Below, in pieces: positions 1 through 7,255 of a DNA stretch of 24,764 nucleotides. Position 1 is the first letter of the stretch; each line of letters begins with the position of its first letter. The stretch lies in assembly GCA_039715015.1 (NCBI GenBank), contig JBDLIE010000037.1, positions 1-24,764 of the forward strand, written 5' to 3'. The notes under the pieces are model-generated. The model was given only the letters and a program-made list of their open reading frames with translations, was not told the origin of the DNA and made no database searches. The position numbers were made by a program, and so were the translations under genes. The stretch comes from Thermodesulfobacteriota bacterium. Lineage in GTDB: Bacteria > Desulfobacterota > Desulfobulbia > Desulfobulbales > SURF-16.

Positions 1-1
1 G

Positions 2-154
2 CCAGGCGTGGTGGGCAAGCTGGCGGAAAAATCGACCCAGTTTGCCCAGAAACGCAGTCGCCCAGTCCAAAAGATTTATCAATATGAGCCTGTTGGGGAA
101 GTATTTTTTCTCCAGGCTAAAGAAAGGTGCAAAAGGCTGAAAAGAGTTCTTTGA
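2..154 (+). CDS. possible 3' end of an upstream CDS (partial, hypothetical)
   Basis: Frame 2 is open from the window edge (PGVVGKLAEKSTQFAQKRSRPVQKIYQYEPVGEVFFL...) to TGA 152-154, overlapping the convergent GATase stop. No motif recognised. Confidence 0.3.
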   Translation, partial: PGVVGKLAEKSTQFAQKRSRPVQKIYQYEPVGEVFFLQAKERCKRLKRVL

Positions 155-839
155 ACTGCGCCATGATTTTATCCTTTTCAAGGTCAAGGCGGGCGTGGAG
201 AAGTTTCTTGTCGATGGGCGCGGGCGTTAGAGAGTTTAACCACTCTTTGTCCTGGTCGTACCACGTTGCCGCATCATCAGGGTGGGCGGCATGGTTATCG
301 AATTGGATGCCGATTATATGGGGGCGGCCTTTAATGGCAAAGGCCTCAACCTGGCATTCCTGGGAGGTGGCTAAGATGTGAAAATAACGGGGAACAGGCG
401 GTATAACGGCCTGAGCATGCCATTTGAAGGTTGGAAAGGGTGATTCAATGCTCTTGAAGATAGGATGGTTGCGGCCGTTAGCTGTGAGAAAGGCCTTGGA
501 AACACCAATGGAGTGGCAGAAGTTGGGGCCGATTTGAGCACCCAAGACACTGGCCAGCAGTTGGTGGCCCAGGCAGATACCCAGGCAGGGCCTGTCAGCA
601 GTTAGGATCTCTTCAATGCTTTTTTTTTCAGGAACGAGAAAAGGGTAGCGGTTTTCCTCGTGAACATGGGCGCTGCCGCCCAGGAAGACAAAGCCGTGAT
701 AGGTCGCGGGTGAGGGAAAGATGCTCTCCCAGGCCTTGATGATGCAGAGTTCTATGTTGTTACTCTCAGCAGCCTGGAGCAGGAATCGCCCCGGACCTTC
801 CCAAGGGCTATGTTGGAAGAGTGCCAGTTTTTTGGTCAT
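117..839 (-). CDS. class I glutamine amidotransferase-like protein (GMP synthase/PuuD-like GATase1)
   Basis: FQH..EGPG, FLGG, nucleophile elbow CLGICLGHQLLA and WHAQ motifs. ATG 839 is preceded by GAGG. The usual QFHPE is QFDNH. Confidence 0.85.
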   Translation of the reverse strand: MTKKLALFQHSPWEGPGRFLLQAAESNNIELCIIKAWESIFPSPATYHGFVFLGGSAHVHEENRYPFLVPEKKSIEEILTADRPCLGICLGHQLLASVLGAQIGPNFCHSIGVSKAFLTANGRNHPIFKSIESPFPTFKWHAQAVIPPVPRYFHILATSQECQVEAFAIKGRPHIIGIQFDNHAAHPDDAATWYDQDKEWLNSLTPAPIDKKLLHARLDLEKDKIMAQFKELFSAFCTFL

Positions 840-866
840 GGTGTCTGCCTCTGAGTTGATCAAGTT

Positions 867-904
867 CCCCTGCCGGCTTCCAGGAGAAGGCCGCCGGCAG
901 GGGG
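867..904. other. GC-rich hairpin upstream of the GATase gene
   Basis: CCCCTGCCGGC-N15-GCCGGCAGGGG perfect 11-bp inverted repeat with no U-tract. Confidence 0.5.
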
Positions 905-930
905 GAAGAAGGGTGGCTTAAGGTTTATGG

Positions 931-970
931 AAAAGCCCGGGTAAGTTTAGGGGGAGTTTACGCCCGGGCT
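931..970 (-). terminator. rho-independent terminator after the porin gene
   Basis: AGCCCGGG...CCCGGGCT stem followed by TTTT on the minus strand, about 25 nt after the stop at 994. Confidence 0.6.
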
Positions 971-993
971 GGGTTATATCTGATTGTACTGTT

Positions 994-1785
994 TTAAAAG
1001 GAGAAGCTTGCTGAAACACCTCCGTAGAAGGTGGTTTCATCGTTGTCAAAGGCTGCGTTGTCAATTTCCAACAGGTCTTCGGCATCATCTGACAGGGCAA
1101 ATGAACAATAGGCCTCCGGAGTAATGGTCAGGTATTGGCCGACGCTGATGGGCAGGGCCACTGACAAGACACCGTCGAAGAAGTTGCTAAATTCGTCGGT
1201 TGGGTCTGAGGGGTCGGCATAGGTGGTCTCCTCGTCCGCCAAAAGATAGCTGGCCTTTGCTCCAATGTCGAGGGACATGGATTCTCCCAGGAGGAAAGAG
1301 TGCGAAATCTCGGCGGTAATGTACCAGCCAGGGAAAGAGTCATAGTCTCGGTAAATGGTCAGGGTGGGAGCCAGCAGAATATCCTTGCGCAGCGCAGCAT
1401 AAACTTCCTGGCTGTCATTGCCGCCATCTAAAGCATAATAGATATAGCCCGCTCCAAAGTCGAGACCGAACATGGACCAATCGTAGGAAAGGGTGAGGTC
1501 CGTCTCGTTCCAGTTATTGGTTTCCGAGGCAGTAGGGTCGTATTGCTCGGTGTCCAGGTTGCCCCAGAGATTGGCGGCAAATCCTTTGTAAGATACGGTC
1601 ATAGATGGCTGGATGACCAAACTGTCTTCACTTAAAGTCCAACCGCGCCAGACATATTGGCTGTATAGGCCCACGCTTAGATCGGCCTCGGGCTTTTCTT
1701 CTTCGGCCCCTGCCAGGGTGAAGGTGGCCAGAGCCATGGTGCCGCAAAGTAGGGATGTCATAATTTTTCTGGAAATACTTTTCAT
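994..1785 (-). CDS. putative outer-membrane beta-barrel/porin (TorF / Gcw_chp TIGR02001-like)
   Basis: Signal peptide (…LAGA), YSQYVWRG motif, alternating aromatic beta-strands, C-terminal Phe (SASFSF), SD AGAGGAG. This family is often found beside glnK-amtB. Confidence 0.75.
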   Translation of the reverse strand: MKSISRKIMTSLLCGTMALATFTLAGAEEEKPEADLSVGLYSQYVWRGWTLSEDSLVIQPSMTVSYKGFAANLWGNLDTEQYDPTASETNNWNETDLTLSYDWSMFGLDFGAGYIYYALDGGNDSQEVYAALRKDILLAPTLTIYRDYDSFPGWYITAEISHSFLLGESMSLDIGAKASYLLADEETTYADPSDPTDEFSNFFDGVLSVALPISVGQYLTITPEAYCSFALSDDAEDLLEIDNAAFDNDETTFYGGVSASFSF

Positions 1786-1821
1786 GTTACTTCTCCTCTC
1801 TTAAAAAAGATAAAAATGTGT

Positions 1822-1856
1822 AAAAAACCCGGCAGCGTCTGTCGCCGCTGCCGGGT
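1822..1856 (-). terminator. rho-independent terminator after amtB
   Basis: ACCCGGCAGCG-8 nt loop-CGCTGCCGGGT followed by a T-run on the minus strand. Confidence 0.75.
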
Positions 1857-1867
1857 GGTAAAGATGG

Positions 1868-3181
1868 TTACTTGGTGACAAAGTCGTGGTAGGCGTGGGC
1901 GCCATGCTCAACAATGTCAACACCGAGAAGCTCTTCTTCTTCAGTGATTCGCAGGCCAACGGTCACGTCGATCAGCTTGAAGAGGATGTAGGCGCAGCCA
2001 AAGGCCCAGATAAAGGCGGAACCGATACCAATGAGCTGGGTGGTGATGATTTTGGCAGTTACGCCTTCCATGTTAAAGAGCCCGGCTGCCAAGGTTCCCC
2101 AGGCGCCACAGACACCGTGCACGGAAACCGCACCAACAGGATCGTCGATATGCATACGGTCAATGGCCATGACGGACAGGACAACCAGGACACCGGAGGC
2201 AGCGCCGATGATCAAGGAGCTGGATGGGCTGACGTTAGCGCAACCAGCGGTGATACCTACCAGGCCTGCCAGGGCACCGTTTAGGCTCATGCCGATATCA
2301 GGCTTCTTGAAGATGAGCCAGGAGGTGAGCATGGCGGCAATGGCGCCGGTGGCGGCTGAAAGATTGGTGTTCACAAAAATCATGGCGATGGTCTTGTCGG
2401 CAGTGGTGGTGGAACCGGGGTTGAAGCCGAACCATCCGAGCCAGAGGATGAAAACACCCAGGGCTGCCATGGGAATGCTGTGGCCGGGGATGGCCTTAAC
2501 TTCGCCCTTGGGGCCATACTTGCCGATCCGCGGGCCGAGAACCATGGCACCGGCCAGGGCTGCCCAGCCGCCGACGGAGTGGACAACGGTGGAGCCGGCG
2601 AAATCTATAAAGCCGAGTCCTTCCAGCCAGCCATTACCGTTCAGTAAGCTGCCCCAGGCCCAAGAGCCGAAAACCGGGTAGATAAAGGCACAAAGAACAG
2701 CAGAATAGATAAGGTAGCCGGTGAACTTGGTACGCTCTGCTACCGCACCGGAAACGATGGTGGCGGCTGTGGCGGCGAACACACACTGAAACATCCAGAA
2801 GGCCAGGACCCATGGATCTCCATCAGGTGTCCAGCCGGACAGGAAAAAGTCACTGGTGCCGAACCAGCCTGTGCTGGTAGCGCCAAACATGATGCCAAAA
2901 CCAAAGGCCCAGAAGAAAAATGAACCCATGGAGAAATCCATCAGGTTTTTCATCATAATGTTGACAGCACTCTTGGCCCGGGTAAAGCCAGACTCAACCA
3001 TGGCAAAGCCAGCCTGCATGAAAAAGACCAAGGCAGCGGCAATGAGGGTCCAGAGATAGTTGGCATGGTCTTGGACAAGGGCGATGGCGTCAGCATTGCT
3101 GGCAATTGTTGGCGGCGCATCTTCGGCCAAAGCCAGGGAGGGCGCCAGGATTAGGGCGGTTAAAAGAATCTTTTTAAACAT
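1868..3181 (-). CDS. amtB: ammonium transporter AmtB
   Basis: FMQAGFAMVESG, FQCVFAATAATIVSGAVAER, DFAGSTVVH, WFGFNPGS and DDPVGAVSVHG (twin His intact), plus signal peptide. ATG 3181 follows GAGG. Confidence 0.97.
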   Translation of the reverse strand: MFKKILLTALILAPSLALAEDAPPTIASNADAIALVQDHANYLWTLIAAALVFFMQAGFAMVESGFTRAKSAVNIMMKNLMDFSMGSFFFWAFGFGIMFGATSTGWFGTSDFFLSGWTPDGDPWVLAFWMFQCVFAATAATIVSGAVAERTKFTGYLIYSAVLCAFIYPVFGSWAWGSLLNGNGWLEGLGFIDFAGSTVVHSVGGWAALAGAMVLGPRIGKYGPKGEVKAIPGHSIPMAALGVFILWLGWFGFNPGSTTTADKTIAMIFVNTNLSAATGAIAAMLTSWLIFKKPDIGMSLNGALAGLVGITAGCANVSPSSSLIIGAASGVLVVLSVMAIDRMHIDDPVGAVSVHGVCGAWGTLAAGLFNMEGVTAKIITTQLIGIGSAFIWAFGCAYILFKLIDVTVGLRITEEEELLGVDIVEHGAHAYHDFVTK

Positions 3182-3246
3182 GGGTAAAACCTCTTTTGGT
3201 GAGCCTTGCGGCGTGATTATTGTCATTTGCCTTGCTGTCTTGTCGC

Positions 3247-3735
<489 letters not shown>

Positions 3736-3736
3736 C

Positions 3737-3792
3737 TAAACCTTTCAAAATTGTAAAGGTTTATTTTTAGTTAATTACAATTTTGTAGTTAA
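3737..3792. promoter_or_regulatory. two palindromes, candidate enhancer (UAS) for the glnK sigma54 promoter
   Basis: TAAACCTTT-CAAAATTGT-AAAGGTTTA (3737-3763) and TTAATTACAA-TT-TTGTAGTTAA (3771-3792) share a CAAAATTGTA core in opposite orientations. Confidence 0.45.
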
Positions 3793-3835
3793 ATTAGGAA
3801 AGTCTGGGCTGCGAATGAAGAGAGGCCAGAGGGTA

Positions 3836-4282
3836 TTATCTGGCAGTTTGGAGGATAAAATCTTTAGCGTTGTCTCCCCGAAGATTTTCTGCCAGGCCGA
3901 TAAGGCCGTCTTTCAGATATTTGGTGCTGTATCCAAGAGTTGCTAAGTAGGTGCGAGCCATGATGGCCCTGTCTTTATGGGGGCAGGCAGTGACAATCAC
4001 CTTGGATTTATCAAGCTCTGAAAGTCTACCCGGCAGTTCATTAATGGGGATATTGCGGGCAATTGCCATGTGCCAGGCCTCATATTCTTCCTTGAATCGA
4101 ATGTCGATCAATTGGGCCTTTCCTTCTGTAAAGAGCTTAATAAATTCTTTGCTGCTTATTTTCATCTCTATCCGCTCTGCATAGTCAAAGGTGCGGAGAT
4201 AGCTGCCCAACTCCTCGGCACCATGGGCAAACGATACAAGGCTGCAAAGAAAAAAAAGAGGAAGGATGATGGTTTTTGTCAT
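3836..4282 (-). CDS. secreted single-domain rhodanese-like protein
   Basis: Signal peptide (…AHGA), LIDIR…EYEAWH…ARNIP, active-site loop CPHKDRA, YLKDGL. SD AGGAG. Confidence 0.85.
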   Translation of the reverse strand: MTKTIILPLFFLCSLVSFAHGAEELGSYLRTFDYAERIEMKISSKEFIKLFTEGKAQLIDIRFKEEYEAWHMAIARNIPINELPGRLSELDKSKVIVTACPHKDRAIMARTYLATLGYSTKYLKDGLIGLAENLRGDNAKDFILQTAR

Positions 4283-4615
4283 GTTCTGCTCCTGGGTATT
4301 AAGAGAATAATCAAGGGCTTTTGGGAAGCTTGAGTTCCAAGATGGCTGCTACAATGAAGTAAGAGCTTGATTGCCTGTGATAGTCAAGTTTATAGATTGT
4401 GGGCCTCAATTTAATTGCCGACAAGAAATTTCTATGAGAAATAGATCAGCACTCCATTTCATCCCCTTGCTTTTGAGCCCCATTGGGGTTGGCGATCTCC
4501 AGGGCCCATTCGCCTGTCCAGCATTGACAGAATCGGCAATGACATGGGATATATGAATGAGTATATTATTGAAATAGAATTAAATTCTAAGAATTTTAAG
4601 GGGCGATTCTTTACT

Positions 4616-6046
4616 ATGGCCAATGTGTTGATTGTTGATGACGATCCCGTCATCTGTCGGATTATGTCCCGGGCAATTGCTGAGATGAATCACCACGTCT
4701 CAGCTGTTCATACCCTTGCCGAAGGGCTTGCCGAGTCGCAGAAAACAGATTTTGACATTGTTCTTCTTGATGTATGCATGCCGGACGGCAATGGCATGGA
4801 ATTTGTCCCCCTCATCATGCAAACTCCATCACAGCCTGAAGTCATTATCATCACCGCCCTGGGTTCCTCAGGGGGGGCGGAAATAGCGATTAAAAACGGC
4901 GCGTGGGATTACCTGCAAAAACCCGTTTCCAAGCAGGATCTTGCCCTGGCCTTAAGACAGGCCCATCTCTACCGGAAGAGCCGGCAACAGGCGGCGCTCG
5001 AGCGTCCAACCCTCAAACGTCATGGCATCATCGGTGACAGCCCTCGAATCAGAGAATGCCGCGATGCCCTGGCCCAGGCAGCCCAGAGCAAGGCGAGCGT
5101 CTTGATCTGTGGCGAAACCGGCACTGGCAAAGAACTGTTTGCCCAGGCCATCCATTCCAACAGCCCCCGGGCCAAGAAAAATTTCGTGGTTGTCGATTGT
5201 GCCGCTTTACCTGCAAACCTGATTGAAAGCGCGCTGTTTGGCCATGAACGCGGAGCTTTCACTGGGGCGAACCGTGCCCAGGTCGGCCTTGTCAAACAGG
5301 CTGACGGCGGAACTCTTTTTTTGGACGAAATCGGCGAACTTCCTTTATCTCTTCAGAAAAACTTTCTTCGAGTCCTGCAGGAACACTGTTTTCGTCCGAT
5401 CGGCAGCGACCAGGAGCAGGAAAGTGACTTCAGGCTGGTGGCGGCAACCCACCGCAATCTCGACAGAATGGTGAGCGACGGGTTATTCCGTCAGGATCTG
5501 ATGTACCGTCTCCGGTCCATCAGCATTGAGTTGCCGGCTCTGCGGGAACGTCAAGAGGATATTGCCAACCTGGCCCAGAAGAAGGCGGACAAAATCTGCC
5601 ATGAAAATGGCATCCCCCCTAAAAGCTTTGCCAATGACGCCCTCGAAGCGCTCCATGCTTATGGCTGGCCCGGCAATGTCCGGGAGCTGATCAACACCCT
5701 GGAGGCGACAATTAATAAAGCCTTTAACGAGCAGGTGCTTTTTGCAAGACATCTTCCTCAGCAGCTCCGCATCCAGATAAAAAAGGAACAACTCGATGAC
5801 CTCCCTGCTGGCCAGATGCAGGAGTCACAGGTCAAGGGGGCTGTCCCGGCCTCTCCCCTTGGCCCTATGCCCTCCTTTCGTCAGCACCGAGAAGCAATCG
5901 TGCTGGAGGCTGAGAAAGAATACCTGGAAAACCTCCTGACCCTGACCAATGGCTCCAGAAAGGAAGCCTGCCGTATTGCCGATCTGGGACGGACCCGCCT
6001 CTATAACCTCCTAAAAAAGCACGGTTTGGGTCGTTCCCCTTTCTAG
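4616..6046 (+). CDS. sigma54-dependent response regulator / enhancer-binding protein (NtrC/AtoC family; REC-AAA+-HTH)
   Basis: VLIVDDD…LLDVCMPDGNG…KP receiver, GETGTGKE Walker A, ESALFGHERGAFTGA, FLDEIGEL, WPGNVREL and a C-terminal Fis-type HTH. ATG 4616 follows AAGGGG. Confidence 0.95.
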   Translation: MANVLIVDDDPVICRIMSRAIAEMNHHVSAVHTLAEGLAESQKTDFDIVLLDVCMPDGNGMEFVPLIMQTPSQPEVIIITALGSSGGAEIAIKNGAWDYLQKPVSKQDLALALRQAHLYRKSRQQAALERPTLKRHGIIGDSPRIRECRDALAQAAQSKASVLICGETGTGKELFAQAIHSNSPRAKKNFVVVDCAALPANLIESALFGHERGAFTGANRAQVGLVKQADGGTLFLDEIGELPLSLQKNFLRVLQEHCFRPIGSDQEQESDFRLVAATHRNLDRMVSDGLFRQDLMYRLRSISIELPALRERQEDIANLAQKKADKICHENGIPPKSFANDALEALHAYGWPGNVRELINTLEATINKAFNEQVLFARHLPQQLRIQIKKEQLDDLPAGQMQESQVKGAVPASPLGPMPSFRQHREAIVLEAEKEYLENLLTLTNGSRKEACRIADLGRTRLYNLLKKHGLGRSPF

Positions 6047-6070
6047 CCTCTCCGGTGGTTCTCCTGTGCT

Positions 6071-6129
6071 GTGTTTTATTTGTGAACATGGGCGTTCACT
6101 TTTTATGAACATGTTCGCCTCAAGAGAAC
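6071..6129. promoter_or_regulatory. tandem GTTC-N9-GAAC palindromes, candidate bEBP enhancer
   Basis: GTTC-N9-GAAC at 6094-6110 and 6113-6129, with an imperfect copy at 6071-6087, about 90-145 bp upstream of the -24 box. Confidence 0.6.
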
Positions 6130-6175
6130 TATTGTGGTGGCCGTTTAGAGCACCTCTCAATGCCGTAATCTCTTT

Positions 6176-6188
6176 AATCCCTTGAAAA
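6176..6188. promoter_or_regulatory. IHF-like binding site
   Basis: TAATCCCTTGAAA versus consensus YAAnnnnTTGATW (one mismatch), lying between the enhancer and the sigma54 promoter. Confidence 0.4.
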
Positions 6189-6215
6189 CAAAGTAAAAAA
6201 TATAATAAGTCAGTG

Positions 6216-6232
6216 TTGGCACAGCCTTTGCT
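6216..6232 (+). promoter_or_regulatory. sigma54 (RpoN) promoter
   Basis: TTGGCACAGCCTTTGCT matches TGGCAC-N5-TTGCW exactly. Confidence 0.85.
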
Positions 6233-6298
6233 AGCTCTTGCTGTTGCAACACTTCTGTGGCAGCACTGCGTACAAGCAAAAAAAGGGGGCTTTCCTAG

Positions 6299-6358
6299 GT
6301 GGTAATCCCCTGGATATTAAAGATGTTCCTCCTAATGATCATTTTTACCTATATTTAA
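6299..6358 (+). CDS. candidate 19-aa hydrophobic small protein (MVIPWILKMFLLMIIFTYI)
   Basis: GTG 6299 to TAA 6356-6358, with AAGGGGG 9 nt upstream, directly downstream of the sigma54 promoter. Too short for the ORF track. Confidence 0.4.
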   Translation: MVIPWILKMFLLMIIFTYI

Positions 6359-6385
6359 AGAATTCAAATGTCGATTTGCCAACAC

Positions 6386-6417
6386 AGGTAACAAAAAGAC
6401 CAACCCTTTTGTTACTT
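6386..6417. terminator. AT-rich hairpin between the convergent small transcript and pilZ
   Basis: GTAACAAAA-N10-TTTTGTTAC; weak, with no clear U-tract. Confidence 0.35.
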
Positions 6418-6468
6418 GAAGGACAGGGGGGGTGTAGGGGGGGAGAAAAGTCTCCGTCGGGCACATTT

Positions 6469-6870
6469 CTAAATGCCTAGGAATTTCTGTAAAGACTGAT
6501 AGTCATCATCATGGATATCGATAAACACTACACCGCACTCGTACTCATTGCCGTCGTCAGATGGTTTGCTCCAGACAACTTTGGCAAGCACGGTCAATGG
6601 TTTGCCCACAGATGAATCGTCAAGCTTGAAAGAAAGATTTTTTTTGTGAATGTGCCAGCCTGGAAGATGAATACTGAGGGTGAGAGTGGTGTTGGGTGCA
6701 AACATGGTGGCTGAGCGAAAGCAGATGCCGACAGGGCTGATGTCTTTACTGCGACCTAGGTCTTTGCTCTGGGGTGACAGTGGATAGGTCAATTCACTCA
6801 CACCGATAGTTGCCTCTTTGGGAAGGCGTGCAAAACGGCGCGATTTATTTTCGGCATCCTGAGTAGTCAT
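6469..6870 (-). CDS. PilZ domain-containing protein (c-di-GMP receptor)
   Basis: RRFAR (RxxxR) and DISPVG (D/NxSxxG) motifs, AKVVW…YECGVVF. ATG 6870 follows AAGGA. Confidence 0.9.
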   Translation of the reverse strand: MTTQDAENKSRRFARLPKEATIGVSELTYPLSPQSKDLGRSKDISPVGICFRSATMFAPNTTLTLSIHLPGWHIHKKNLSFKLDDSSVGKPLTVLAKVVWSKPSDDGNEYECGVVFIDIHDDDYQSLQKFLGI

Positions 6871-7170
6871 CGAATTGTATTTCCTTGTAGTTGAGAGGTG
6901 GTAAGTAGCCAAGATGTGAGGATTAATTTGTGAATATATTAGACATAATCTGCCTGATGATCAAGGCGTATGAATAACATATGCAACTATTAAAATAGAT
7001 TGTTTCCGGATCATTATTTATTCCTGCTTGCCGCAGGGGGCAAGATTTGGGCGGCTATAATTTTTTAAGGCAAAAATGAAATTATTTTTTACAACTAATT
7101 GCGATAGTGGGATTGAAGATGATAACCTGTTTAGGTGGCTATTAAGTTTACGAGCAAGAAGTCTAGCCGC

Positions 7171-7255
7171 TACGACGAGTTTACGACAACCTTACGACAA
7201 GTTTATTACGACAACTTTACGACAAGTTTATTGCGACACGTTTACGACAAGTTTA
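7171..7255 (+). repeat. direct tandem repeat array: 7 TACGAC cores, 25-bp super-unit x3
   Basis: Cores start at 7171, 7182, 7193, 7207, 7218, 7232 (TGCGAC) and 7243, spaced 11,11,14,11,14,11. Unit ~TTACGACAACTTTACGACAAGTTTA at 7181, 7206 and 7231. Confidence 0.95.

Noticed and set aside
6238..6480. 80-aa plus-strand ORF from the track
   Set aside because: Its TTG start lies upstream of the predicted TSS, it has no SD, it is low-complexity and it overlaps the pilZ end.
7135..7254. N-terminal extension of the regulator from GTG 7135
   Set aside because: It is merely the translated repeat and lacks a clear SD. The REC domain begins at ATG 7255. Not fully excluded.
7171..7255. CRISPR array or replication iterons
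   Set aside because: The repeats are contiguous with no unique spacers, and there is no cas or rep gene in the window.
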